Shown here piece after piece: positions 46,287 through 62,400 of a stretch of 64,000 nt of DNA; positions within the stretch are counted from its first letter, which is position 1; each line of letters starts with the position of its first letter. This stretch comes from a virus. The notes beneath the pieces are model-generated. The model was not told the origin of the DNA and made no database searches. It saw only the letters and a list, made by a program, of their open reading frames with translations. Where the stretch lies: positions 41,347 through 105,346 of the IMG/VR virus record IMGVR_UViG_3300044675_005263; one strand, written 5' to 3'. Position numbers and translations under genes: made by a program.

Positions 46287-47521
46287 CGCAGAAAAAACAA
46301 CCAGTAGAAGATCCAAAAGCCTCTCTTACACAAAAATTAGTAGACCTTGTTAGCCCTGGCGCAACAGGCTCAGACCGAAAGATAACCAAGACCCCAGAGA
46401 ACTGGACCCCTAATTTAGAGATGACTCCAGATGGAGGAATCTTAACTTCCAATGCAAAGCCAGTAAATAATATGCCAGAGGCTAGAGACCTCCTAATTGA
46501 GTTTGGGCTTAACCCAGATGAGTGGCATGTAACCAATCTAGGTATGTCTAGATGGCAAAGATATGATGGAGAGCTTTTAGAGTCAAAACGACTTAAGCTT
46601 GTGCCACTAGCAGCCCTTGCTGAAGACAGAGCAGATATAGAACTTTTATGTAAGGAACTGTCTAAGTGGAAGCCACAAAAACTTACAGAGTCAATTACAG
46701 GTCCTCTTGCTTATCTTGTAGTCGTGAGCGATCAGCAGATAGGTAAAAAGGTAGGAGACTCTGGGACAGACGACATTGTTCAAAGAATCTTAGATACAAC
46801 ATCAGAAGCAGTTCAAAGACTTAAAGATCTACGCAAAATTGGCAGACAGATAGGAACTATTGTCCTTGCCTTGCCCGGCGATCACGTTGAAGGAAACGTA
46901 TCTCAGAACGGACGACTACAGGGTCAAGCAGCCTCTGACTTAGGAATCACAGAACAGGTGCGAGTTGCACGAAGAGTCCTTCTTGCTCAGATTAAGGCTT
47001 TTGCCCCTCTATGCGAAGAACTCATTGTCCCAGTGGTAAATGGAAACCATGATGAGTCAACTCGTCAGGTGGCAGCCGACCCAGCTGATGGCTGGAACAC
47101 TGAGATTGCCAGCGCAGTTCAAGACATTTGTGCAGAGGTAGAAAGCCTTTCCCACGTTAAATTTAGATATCCTGCTAAGGGAAATCAGAATCTATCTATC
47201 AATATCAATGGTGTAATGCTTGGACTATTCCATGGACATCAGATGGGTGGAGTTAACCCAATCAAATATCTAGAAGGTCAATCTTTAGGTATGACTGATT
47301 TAGGCCAGTGCGATGTATGGGTTTCTGGTCACTTCCACCATTATCGTGCTATGGATATTGGTCACCGTTTTTGGGTACAAGCACCTACCTTAGACGGAGG
47401 ATCTAACTGGTTTAGAGATAAAAAAGGTTTAGATTCGCATCCAGGCTTACTTACAATGGTTATTGGAAAGAATTATGACCCTCGAAAAGACCTTAGTATT
47501 ATCCGTACCTACCGAGTCTAA
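46283..47521 (+). CDS. calcineurin-like metallophosphoesterase
   Basis: SDQQIG, GDHVE, GNHD, HGH, GHFH. Confidence 0.88.
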   Translation: MTQKKQPVEDPKASLTQKLVDLVSPGATGSDRKITKTPENWTPNLEMTPDGGILTSNAKPVNNMPEARDLLIEFGLNPDEWHVTNLGMSRWQRYDGELLESKRLKLVPLAALAEDRADIELLCKELSKWKPQKLTESITGPLAYLVVVSDQQIGKKVGDSGTDDIVQRILDTTSEAVQRLKDLRKIGRQIGTIVLALPGDHVEGNVSQNGRLQGQAASDLGITEQVRVARRVLLAQIKAFAPLCEELIVPVVNGNHDESTRQVAADPADGWNTEIASAVQDICAEVESLSHVKFRYPAKGNQNLSININGVMLGLFHGHQMGGVNPIKYLEGQSLGMTDLGQCDVWVSGHFHHYRAMDIGHRFWVQAPTLDGGSNWFRDKKGLDSHPGLLTMVIGKNYDPRKDLSIIRTYRV

Positions 47522-47620
47522 ACACGGTATTCTAAAGGTCAATGTTTTAAAACTACCGTAAAATAAGACTTGGTCCAAATAGGTGTTACCAGTGCACCTT
47601 TTTCACTCAAGTTTTGATGA

Positions 47621-52396
<4,776 letters not shown>

Positions 52397-52429
52397 TGAG
52401 AACTAATATAAAAGAAGGAGGTAACTAAC

Positions 52430-53131
52430 ATGCCAGCTATTGACTTCCCAAGCGGCCCAACATTAAATCAAGAATATACAAACGGCACTCAAACATATCG
52501 TTGGAACGGTACCTCTTGGCGTTTAGTTCGCACTAGCGCAGTAGGACCAACAGGTCCAACAGGACCAGCTGGTCTTGACTCAACTGCTATTGGTGCTACT
52601 GGACCTACAGGTCCTACAGGTCCTGCTGTAACTGGACCGACGGGTGCAGCAAGCACAGTAACAGGTCCAACAGGTGCAACAGGTGCAACTGGAAGTTTTG
52701 CATTTGCAGCTTGGCAAGCATACACTCCAACTTTATTTGGAAGCGTAACAAATCCAACTATTGGAAATGGAAGTGTTTCAGGAAGATACGTTACTTTAGG
52801 TAGAACTGTTGTAGGTGAAATCCGTATTATTGCTGGAACTGTAGGATTTAATAGAGGCTCAGGTACATACTCTGTATCTCTTCCTATAGCTGGTGTTATT
52901 GAAAACTATCAACCAGTAGGTCAAGTAGTTATGAGAGATGAAGGTCCAGGTATTACATACTTTGGAACTGCAATATTTAACAACAACCTTAATACAAGAG
53001 TAGAACTCTATATGCATTCTCAGAGCGCAACCTTCGTTGAAGGTGCTGCAGTTACAGAGAGCAGTCCATTTTTGTTTGCTGCAAACGATAAAATTTTAAT
53101 TCAAATTACATACGAAGCTGTAGCGGAATAG
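52430..53131 (+). CDS. short collagen-like fibre protein
   Basis: MPAIDFP N-terminus, GPT repeats, C-terminal beta domain. Confidence 0.85.
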   Translation: MPAIDFPSGPTLNQEYTNGTQTYRWNGTSWRLVRTSAVGPTGPTGPAGLDSTAIGATGPTGPTGPAVTGPTGAASTVTGPTGATGATGSFAFAAWQAYTPTLFGSVTNPTIGNGSVSGRYVTLGRTVVGEIRIIAGTVGFNRGSGTYSVSLPIAGVIENYQPVGQVVMRDEGPGITYFGTAIFNNNLNTRVELYMHSQSATFVEGAAVTESSPFLFAANDKILIQITYEAVAE

Positions 53132-53141
53132 GTGACTAAAT

Positions 53142-55037
53142 ATGGCAGCCATTGATTTTCCTAACTCGCCTCAAGTAAATGATGTATTTACCTCTGGTCC
53201 TCAAAGTTGGATTTGGACAGGTACATCATGGAACTTAGTTATTTCTTCTGTAGTAGGAGCAACTGGTCCTACAGGTCCGCAAGGTGCAGCAAGTACAGTT
53301 ACTGGACCAACAGGTCCAACTGGTGTTTTTTCAACAGTAGCTGATACACCACCTGGATCTGCAGATCAAGGAGATTCTTGGTTTAACTCTGCAACTGGAA
53401 AAATTTATGTTTATTACGATAGCTATTGGGTAGAGTCGGCATCTAGCAATATAGGTCCAGCAGGACCAACAGGTGCTACTGGAGCGACAGGTGCAGCAAG
53501 TAATGTATTAGGACCTACAGGTCCGACTGGTGTAACTGGTGCTACAGGACCTCGTGGACAAACAGGTCCAACAGGCGCAGGTAATACTGGAGCTACAGGT
53601 GCAACAGGCGCACAAGGACCTACAGGTATGACAGGACCAACTGGCCCAGATGGAGAGCGTGGAGTTACTGGTCCACAAGGACCAATAGGACCAACAGGTG
53701 TGGCTGGTGCAACTGGCGATCTTGGTCCTACAGGCGCTACAGGTGCACAAGGATTAGCTGGACCAACTGGTCCAAGAGGATTTGTTGGCCCTACAGGAGC
53801 AGCAGGTACAGTAGGTGCTACAGGTCCATCTGTAACTGGCGCAACTGGTCCGCAAGGTCCAACTGGTCCATCTGGTGGACCTACTGGTCCTACAGGTGCA
53901 ACTGGACCACAAGGTGAAACTGGTCCTCAGGGAGACGTAGGTCTTCGTGGTGCTACTGGTGCAACTGGTGCAAACGGTGCTGCTTCAACAGTTCCTGGCC
54001 CTACAGGACCACAAGGTGCTACTGGTGCAAACGGTGTTACTGGACCTCAAGGACCTGCTGGACCTCAGGGACCTGCTGGAGCTCAAGGTAGTCAAGGTAT
54101 CCAAGGACTTGTCGGACCTACTGGTGCAAACTACTCCAACACAACTTCTTCTACTTCTAGAACTATGTCACTTGGCAATTTAGTCTTTACCGTTAATTTA
54201 GTAAATGCTTATGCAGTGGGAGATAGAGTTAGAGTGTTTAACACTGCAGCTCCAACTATCTGGCTACAAGGTGTAATTACAACAATTGCAACTACAAATA
54301 TAACTGTAAATGTTGATTTACTTAATGGCTCTGGAACCTACAACACATGGAAGTTCGGTCTTGCAGGTGAAAGAGGTGCACAAGGTGCACAAGGTACACA
54401 AGGTGTATCTATAACCTTAAAGGGATCAAGATCAACGGCATCAGCTCTTCCTACATCTGGAAACGCTATTAACGACGCATATATTGTTGATGACGATGGC
54501 GATCTTTATGTATGGAATGGTAGCTCTTTTACTAACGCAGGACAAATTGTTGGACCTACAGGTGCGACTGGATTAACGGGAGCACAAGGATTACAAGGAG
54601 CACAAGGTCCAACTGGTGCGACAGGTGCTAACTCAACAGTTCCTGGCCCTACAGGTGCAACTGGCGATACAGGACCTACTGGTGCTCAAGGCATAACTGG
54701 ACCAACTGGACCAGCATTCTTTAATCTAACAGGTGCTCAATATTTAGGATCAACAACACTATCTTCTACAGATAGAGCAACTATTGTAAAAATGAATAGC
54801 TCTAACCCTATGGTTTTAACAGTTCCTCTAGACGGAACTGGTGGATATACATTTGATACAGGAACTCAGATTGTCCTTGCTCAAATTGGAGTAGGTCAAG
54901 TAACAATTGCTGCAGCAAGTGGAGTAAGTCTTTTAACAGAAGGATCTAGATTTACAACTAAAGCACGTTATGCTGTAGCTTCTTTAATTAAACTTGGTGC
55001 AAACCAGTGGCTACTTAGCGGAAACTTGACGGTATAG
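53142..55037 (+). CDS. collagen-like fibre protein
   Basis: MAAIDFP N-terminus, G-X-Y repeats, C-terminal F..GTQI...W.L.GNL domain. Confidence 0.88.
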   Translation: MAAIDFPNSPQVNDVFTSGPQSWIWTGTSWNLVISSVVGATGPTGPQGAASTVTGPTGPTGVFSTVADTPPGSADQGDSWFNSATGKIYVYYDSYWVESASSNIGPAGPTGATGATGAASNVLGPTGPTGVTGATGPRGQTGPTGAGNTGATGATGAQGPTGMTGPTGPDGERGVTGPQGPIGPTGVAGATGDLGPTGATGAQGLAGPTGPRGFVGPTGAAGTVGATGPSVTGATGPQGPTGPSGGPTGPTGATGPQGETGPQGDVGLRGATGATGANGAASTVPGPTGPQGATGANGVTGPQGPAGPQGPAGAQGSQGIQGLVGPTGANYSNTTSSTSRTMSLGNLVFTVNLVNAYAVGDRVRVFNTAAPTIWLQGVITTIATTNITVNVDLLNGSGTYNTWKFGLAGERGAQGAQGTQGVSITLKGSRSTASALPTSGNAINDAYIVDDDGDLYVWNGSSFTNAGQIVGPTGATGLTGAQGLQGAQGPTGATGANSTVPGPTGATGDTGPTGAQGITGPTGPAFFNLTGAQYLGSTTLSSTDRATIVKMNSSNPMVLTVPLDGTGGYTFDTGTQIVLAQIGVGQVTIAAASGVSLLTEGSRFTTKARYAVASLIKLGANQWLLSGNLTV

Positions 55038-55040
55038 CAT

Positions 55041-55955
55041 ATGCTAATTGCCACTCATGCTATGCATGCAACTCTTTTCTTCCCATACACTCCTTCAACA
55101 TGGCAACAAGTAATTGATACTAGTTTTTCTACATCAAATATTAATGCCATAAATTATAACGACTCTCAATTTGTTGCCGTTGGAAACAATGGAAGTGTGG
55201 CTACATCTACAAACTCGCAAGACTGGGCTCCTAGAGTATCTAACTTTGATACAAGTAATATATATGCAATTGCATATGGTGCAGGGATTTATGTCATAGG
55301 TGGTAGTGAAGGAAAAATTGCTACATCTGTAAATGGATATGACTGGACATTAAGGGCATCTTCTTTTGGAGCAAGCCCTATTCTCGGTATTACATACTCA
55401 GAAACAGCTTCTTTATGGATTGCTGTAGGCGGATCAGGGAAATTGGCTACATCTATTGACGGTATTAGCTGGGTGCAAAGAACTTCTTCGTTTAGTACAA
55501 GTTTTATTAACGGTATTTGGTCTTCACCAAATCTTATTATTGCTGTAGGGTATGATGGAAAACTTGCTACTTCTACAAACGGAGTAACTTGGACCCAAAG
55601 AACATCTAGTTTCTCTGTAAGTATTATAAATGCTGTAACCTCCAATTCAACAGGTACTAGATATGTTGCTGTAGGTGAGCAAGGAAAAGTTGCTACCTCT
55701 ACAAACGGCATAACTTGGACTCAAACTTTCCCTCAAACAAGCTTCCTATCCTCTACAATTAGATGCGTAGCTTTATCTGATGATGGAACTTATCTAGCAG
55801 CAGGAGCCACAGGCAAACTAGCCACATCCTTTGATGGCAATGGTTGGATTCAAAGAAACTCTAGTTTTGGAACATCTAACATAAATGGTGTTGTATTAAC
55901 CAATATTTTATCGCTTGCTGTTGGAAATTCAGGAAAAATAGGATACTCAGCGTAA
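55041..55955 (+). CDS. BNR/Asp-box beta-propeller protein (receptor-binding-like)
   Basis: repeated AVG..GK.ATS.DG..W..R.S.F. Confidence 0.85.
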   Translation: MLIATHAMHATLFFPYTPSTWQQVIDTSFSTSNINAINYNDSQFVAVGNNGSVATSTNSQDWAPRVSNFDTSNIYAIAYGAGIYVIGGSEGKIATSVNGYDWTLRASSFGASPILGITYSETASLWIAVGGSGKLATSIDGISWVQRTSSFSTSFINGIWSSPNLIIAVGYDGKLATSTNGVTWTQRTSSFSVSIINAVTSNSTGTRYVAVGEQGKVATSTNGITWTQTFPQTSFLSSTIRCVALSDDGTYLAAGATGKLATSFDGNGWIQRNSSFGTSNINGVVLTNILSLAVGNSGKIGYSA

Positions 55956-55970
55956 TGGAGGAAAGATATA

Positions 55971-56135
55971 ATGTTTTCATATGTAATCATTGAAGAGCCT
56001 TTGCTCGTTCAAATTCTTCATGCAGACAACGTTATTGATGAGAGTGGCCCTTGGGAGTCTCTTTCAGCAGCAATCAATTGGGCAACAGCCTATGTAGGAA
56101 AACTTAATTCTGGAGTGGAAGAGCCTCAGCTCTAA
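55971..56135 (+). CDS. small protein, possible fibre chaperone (not in ORF track)
   Basis: GGAGG RBS; ...GPWES...A..WA. Confidence 0.6.
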   Translation: MFSYVIIEEPLLVQILHADNVIDESGPWESLSAAINWATAYVGKLNSGVEEPQL

Positions 56136-56183
56136 CCATAAAACGTAGTAAAATACCAATAGAAGTAGAAAGGACAGACCACA

Positions 56184-56834
56184 ATGGCAGCCATTGATTT
56201 TCCTACGCCTGTAGTTATTGGCGAAGTATTTACTGTTGGCGGGCAAAGCTGGGTCTGGACTGGAACAGTTTGGGAAGCACTTCGTGTAACCCCTACAGGA
56301 CCAACAGGACCACAAGGTATTCAGGGTGCAACGGGAGCGACGGGCGCAACAGGTGCAACAGGCTCACAAGGTATTCAAGGTCCAACAGGGCCAGACTCTG
56401 ATGTAGCTGGACCAACAGGTCCAACTGGACCACAAGGTGTAATCGGTGTAACGGGTCCACAAGGACCAGTTGGAACTCAAGGTCCAAGAGGCTTTACTGG
56501 TCCAACAGGAGCTGATTCAAATGTAACTGGACCACAAGGACCTACAGGACCTCGTGGACAAACAGGTCCTACTGGATCTACAGGTGCTCAATCTGAAGTC
56601 CCAGGCCCAACTGGACCTACAGGACCTGTTGGTAAGTTCACAGTAGGAGCGGTAGAGCCTTCACTAGAAACTGCAGTAAACGGTGATGTCTGGTTTGACA
56701 CTCAAACTGCAAAAACTTATGTATTTTATGAAGGAGTTTTTGTTGAAACATCTAGCGGCGCACAGGGAGTAACTGGTGCGACAGGTGCACAAGGCTCATA
56801 TAGAATATCTACATCTTGGTGGCTTGGTGTATAA
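56184..56834 (+). CDS. short collagen-like fibre protein
   Basis: MAAIDFP, G-X-Y repeats, ends SWWLGV. Confidence 0.85.
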   Translation: MAAIDFPTPVVIGEVFTVGGQSWVWTGTVWEALRVTPTGPTGPQGIQGATGATGATGATGSQGIQGPTGPDSDVAGPTGPTGPQGVIGVTGPQGPVGTQGPRGFTGPTGADSNVTGPQGPTGPRGQTGPTGSTGAQSEVPGPTGPTGPVGKFTVGAVEPSLETAVNGDVWFDTQTAKTYVFYEGVFVETSSGAQGVTGATGAQGSYRISTSWWLGV

Positions 56835-56909
56835 TTTAAAAAATACAAGTCAAAACACTAATAAGACATTAACGATTAACGATATGACTTTCGAGAGAGG
56901 TACTAACTA

Positions 56910-59384
56910 ATGCCAGGTTTTTTAGGCGGTAGCAGCGGTAGCTCGACCACAGGAGGAGAAATCTCCTTCAATAAAGAGTTTATTGATCCAGTAACGAAGC
57001 TCCGTGTATCGGAGCCTGAAAACCTTATCGATACTGACTTTGAGTACGGCCTTCAGCCTACCAAGTGGGAAACAGTCGAGCTTATCAACAACACTCCATC
57101 GTTCTTTTCAAAGAGCGGTGATACAACAATCCCTAACTTAGCTTCAATGACCACTATCACTGGTTCTCGTGAAATTACAGTAAGAACATCTTTAGAGCAC
57201 GGTCTAGCTGTTGGAACCCCAATTAACGTAAGTGGCACAAAATCCATTACAGCAGACGGCTCATACATCATTAACTCAATCCCAAACGCAACAACTTTTA
57301 CATACTTGGCAAAAGAAAATCAGTTCCAAACCGCAAGCATTGAGGATCTATATACCTCTATTGTTACTGGAGAATTTTTCCAAGGATCACAGATTAAAAT
57401 CTCTGATGCAGGTGGAATTGAAACTGATGCTGCAGCAACATCTACTTTAACTGTTCAGACAGATAGCCCACACGGTTTTGGACCAAACACACCTCTCTAC
57501 TTTTTAAATCTTAACTCCACAATTACTCAGGAGTTTGACTCAACAAACACTGAAGCTAAATCTTTTGATGCATCTAACAACGTAACTGCTCGTTCTTTTG
57601 ATGGATCTAACACATCATCGACTGTATTTTTTAACTTAAATAATTCTGCAACAAGCAACCCTGTAAGCGTTGCTAGTACCATTTCTGGTGTAAGTACAGA
57701 AAGTGATGAAATCACTGTAAGCCATCTTTCAGAAAACTTTCTTGGAAGACCTATTGGAACACCACTACAGTACGAAATCGTATCCCCAGACGGGTATTTT
57801 CTAACCAATCCTCGTGGAGTAGTTTATATAAAAACTGTTGGACAACTTGGTGCTTCAGTATCTACATTCCAAGTAAGCGCTGTCCCGAACGGTCCAGCAA
57901 TTAACATTTTAAATAATATTACAGGGTACATGCAATTAGCTAATTTAGCTCCTACTTTTGCTGGATCTAATTTAGACACTATCAATCAATCTGTAACTAC
58001 TACATATAAAAATACACCATATGAGTTTGACGCAGATAATGGGAGCGGATCTACTTTCACAGTTAGCTCTATAACAGGTCTTGGAAATATCACTTTTACG
58101 GCTAACACCAACTGGGCTATTGGCCAAATGGTTCTATATAGCACCACTGGTGGAGCTGCTACTGGTCTTACAAACAATACTACTTATTGGGTTTCAGCTC
58201 TTAATGCTCAAACAAACCTTATTAACATCTCGGATTCACCGGGAGGAGTGACACTTACTTCTATCTCTGGTGGCTCTGGAACTCAGACTTTTAAAGCAAT
58301 TAGCGTATCTTTAGATAGAGATGTTCTAGCTGTTCCCGGCCATGATTTTCAAGAAGCAGATCTAGTTAAATATGCTTATCCTGAAGGTGAAAAACTTACA
58401 ATTACTGGTACTGGAAGCACAAATGATTACTTCTTTGTAGAAAGAGTTTACGACTCAACACATATTACTTTAACAAGAACTAAGGGCTTTGTTCTTGATG
58501 GAACAACTGCACTCAGAGCAGCCCCTAGCGCTCAAGCAATTCTTGCTGTAAACCCTAGTGCAACAGATGGTGCATATTGGATCAAGCCAGCTGGAACAGC
58601 TACTGCATATCTAACCTATTGCAACTTTACGCTTGAATCAGGTGGTTGGACTCAGATTATGAAGTTGTCCAGCAATACGTTGCTTACCAACTCAATTACT
58701 TCTGGAGCTGCTCCACAGACTGGTGCAGGGTTCACATTTGGCCCACATTGGAACGGATGGACTTGGCAGAATGAAGGAGACTTTACAACCTTATTCCCTC
58801 TCATAAACAATTCAACCTTTACAGATGTAGATGCATTTAGCCCACTATTTGCTTCATTACCATTTAACGATGTTATGGTTGTATCTATCAACCTAACTTC
58901 AAGCAGATTAGGGTGGCGTCATACTGCAACTATTCCTAATATGAGAGCAGTTACTGGAGCAACTAACCTTGCTACAAGGGGAGATACTTGGTTGTTCCCA
59001 TCAGTAGCCACTACTGAATATGCGTGGAATAGACGTCTTCAGACAGTTGCTTCAGTTGGAACTCAAACATTAGTTACTGGAACACCACGTTTTGGTTTTA
59101 AAATGACAACTGATTACTCCAATACTTATGCAGCAGCCACACAAAATAACTTTGTTACTGGTGGGTATAGCACTCTAAACTCGGATAACGCAACTGGTTT
59201 TGGTATGTCAATGATTGGTGTTGGTGGTACAAATACAAGCACGGCATCTGCTTTCGCAGGTGGTATTGGTTATGTACACACTGGAAACTTAACTTTCCGT
59301 GCACACGGTGTATTTAATGCTACTTCCACATCAGGCGGAACAAGCAATAGAACTTTCACAGGAATTGCAGTCTTCGTTCGTTAA
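56910..59384 (+). CDS. virion structural protein with fibrinogen-like C-terminal domain
   Basis: KLRVSEPENLIDTDFEYGLQPTKWE; HG-repeat beta modules; DGAYWIKP...YC...GGW. Confidence 0.8.
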   Translation: MPGFLGGSSGSSTTGGEISFNKEFIDPVTKLRVSEPENLIDTDFEYGLQPTKWETVELINNTPSFFSKSGDTTIPNLASMTTITGSREITVRTSLEHGLAVGTPINVSGTKSITADGSYIINSIPNATTFTYLAKENQFQTASIEDLYTSIVTGEFFQGSQIKISDAGGIETDAAATSTLTVQTDSPHGFGPNTPLYFLNLNSTITQEFDSTNTEAKSFDASNNVTARSFDGSNTSSTVFFNLNNSATSNPVSVASTISGVSTESDEITVSHLSENFLGRPIGTPLQYEIVSPDGYFLTNPRGVVYIKTVGQLGASVSTFQVSAVPNGPAINILNNITGYMQLANLAPTFAGSNLDTINQSVTTTYKNTPYEFDADNGSGSTFTVSSITGLGNITFTANTNWAIGQMVLYSTTGGAATGLTNNTTYWVSALNAQTNLINISDSPGGVTLTSISGGSGTQTFKAISVSLDRDVLAVPGHDFQEADLVKYAYPEGEKLTITGTGSTNDYFFVERVYDSTHITLTRTKGFVLDGTTALRAAPSAQAILAVNPSATDGAYWIKPAGTATAYLTYCNFTLESGGWTQIMKLSSNTLLTNSITSGAAPQTGAGFTFGPHWNGWTWQNEGDFTTLFPLINNSTFTDVDAFSPLFASLPFNDVMVVSINLTSSRLGWRHTATIPNMRAVTGATNLATRGDTWLFPSVATTEYAWNRRLQTVASVGTQTLVTGTPRFGFKMTTDYSNTYAAATQNNFVTGGYSTLNSDNATGFGMSMIGVGGTNTSTASAFAGGIGYVHTGNLTFRAHGVFNATSTSGGTSNRTFTGIAVFVR

Positions 59385-59423
59385 GACTGATACAATAAGA
59401 AACTAGATAGGAGCAGAGAATAG

Positions 59424-62400
59424 ATGGCTATTAATATAACTGCCTTGGGTGGTTCAGGTGTCCATACTCTGCAAAAGGTTAATGTAAACCTTGAAGAGAA
59501 TTATATTTACTACGCAAAGCGTGATTCTGGTACTGCATTTCCTTCTGCTCTAACTGACGATTCCGCATGGGTCTATAGAGAAGGCACGGGTTCGATAACA
59601 GGACTCACCGACGAAACAGTTTATTATGTTAATACTGATGCCTACTCTGTTTCTTTTGCCTCTAGTGCTGGTGGATCTAATATTGCTCTCTCCGACTACG
59701 TTCCAGGAACAATTACTCTTAACTACCCTAACGTATTCCAAAATACTTTTAACATTTCTTCTGTAAAGTTTGCAGATCAGCAAGCAGTAAAATATTTAAC
59801 AGATTCAACAGCAATTACAGGTCTTGTTTCTGGCAATGTCTATTACGTTAAAAACCAGCTAACTGGTCTTGGCGGATCTTCATTGTATCAATTTACAACT
59901 CACGATTTCACAACTGCTGGAGTAACAGGTCGTACTGGACCAACAATCGAGCAGTTGAGATCATCTTATTCAAGCACTACTTGGAGAAATACTTATCTAA
60001 ATCAAGGAACATTCCAAGGGTATCAAGATTGGACTGTCCCTGAAGATGGCGTGTATGAGTTCAACGTAAAGGGAGCTCCTGGTAGACAAGGTCGTACTTT
60101 AGGCGGTGGCGGTGCCATTGTTCAAGGAAGAGTAAGACTTATTAAAGGCGAAGTAATTACTTTTGTTCCTGGTCAACGAGGAGAACTTCCTACAGCAGCA
60201 ACAACATATCCAGGATCTTCTGGCGCTTCATGGGTAATTCGTAAAAGCGGAAACATTCCACTATTTGTTGCAGGTGCTGGATCATCATCATCTAACGTAA
60301 CAGTCGGTATTAATGCTGTAACAACAAACAATGGTGGAACTTCAAGTACAGGTCAACTTGGCGGTACTTCTGGTAGCGGTGCTCCTCAAAGAGTTATTGC
60401 TGGTGGTGGTGGTGGTTTCTTATCTGCTGGATCTAACGGTTCTACTTCTGGTGTCGGTGGTGGCGGTTTCAACAATGGTCTTGTTGGTGGTTTAGCCCCT
60501 AACACAGCATCTGGTAGCGGTGGCTTTGGTGGTGGAGGTTCTGCTTCTGGTACTGAAGGTTCAAGCGGTGGTGCTGGTGGTTACTCAGGTGGAGCTGGTA
60601 ACACAAATACAGCTAACAGCGTTGGTGGTTCTGGTGGTTCATATATTTTCCCAACAGCAACAAACCTTGCTACTTCAAATGGTTTATATAACGGAGCTAC
60701 AACACTCCTTGGAACACCTATTACAAACTTAAACTTATTTAATACAGGTGAAGTAGAAGGATCAGTTACTGTAACTCTTGTAGAGCGTTCAGTATTCGGA
60801 TTTAAACTACATGACACACCAACAGATGCTGTTGGAGATTTAGATGCAATTGCAGTGGAGCCAAATGGTTCGTCATATCACTCTCTAGTTCCAGTAACTT
60901 TAGATATTGATAATGATATTATTAACAGTATTACTCCACACGGATGGAGTGAGGGCGAAGGCGTTAACCACTTCTACACAGGTACACCTGCAGGTGGTCT
61001 TTCAAACACAGGCGTGTATTACATCGATAGAATTGATGATTATAGATATCGTCTTAGCCTGACACCAGATCCTAACTTTACAACTGTCAACATAACAACT
61101 CCATCTAATGCATCTACACAAGGACTGCGTAGAGTTATTGTTAACACTGCAACTAATACAATTACTATTAATAACCATGGGTTCTTAGTTGATCAGCCTG
61201 TTAGATATTCTTCTGGTGGCGGCACTGCTATTTTGCCTCTACAAAACAACGCAACTTACTATATTAAAGAAGTTGTGGATGCTAATAGATTTACACTGAC
61301 TCAGTCCCTACAGGGAACAGTTATCGATCTAACAACAGTAGGAACTGGAACAAATCATAGCTTTATTCTTACAGTTGTCAACGATCTTGAAGACACTCTT
61401 TATATTCCTACACATGGATATGTATCTGGTCAAACAGTTAAATACCAAAAGGCAAGAGATTTTGTTATAACTAGCTTTACATCTTCTGGAACAACTAGAA
61501 CAATTAACACAGCAGAGCCTCACGGGTTCCAAGTTAACTCTCGTGTAACAATTGATGGCTTAACAAGACCAACAATTTCTGCCCCAGCAATTGCTATCAC
61601 TCGTGTTGCAAGCTCAGCTCAAGTAAGAACACTAACACTAGGATCAACCCACAGCTACACAGCTGGTATGTTAATTCAAGTTACTGGTCTTACTGGGACA
61701 TTTGCATCAAGATTCAATGGAATTTATGTTGTTACTGCAGTTCCAACATCCAACACACTGACTTATAACGCTGAAGAAAGCATTACAGTATCCGAAGCTA
61801 TTTTGTCTGGAAACGATCTAGCTTCTAGAGTTACACGACGACCTGATTTAGAACTTCTAGATCACACAAGAGGTTTGACTGTAAGAAGCATTGCTTCTTC
61901 TGGTACAACTAGAACGATTGTTACCAACGAGCCGCACTACTACTCTACTGGTACTCCAGTGTGGATTCAAGGAATCTCGGGATCACCTACAGGAACTGGT
62001 ATTCAAGATGACATTGGCGAATACTTTAATGGAATTTACTTTGTTGCATCAGCACCAAGCAGCAACACATTTACATATGTAGCTGCACACGAGGGAACTC
62101 CTTCCAACTTAGACCCTTCAATTACTTTTACTACTGTAGCTGTAGGAACTAGCGGTGTAAATGCTGGAGGAACTGTCTATAGAGAACAAATTCTTACAGC
62201 TGTAACTTCAACATCATTTAGCTACGTTATGCCACACTCTTCACTTACCGTCGGCTCAGCTGAGACTATTACTGGACGTGCATCTAAGATCGGTGTTCGT
62301 ATTAATAATAGAAACTTAACTGTAGGAACGCTAGCAAACTTAACTACAGACGTAAACCACGATCTACAAGTTGGAGATAGATTCACTATTAAGAGTCTTA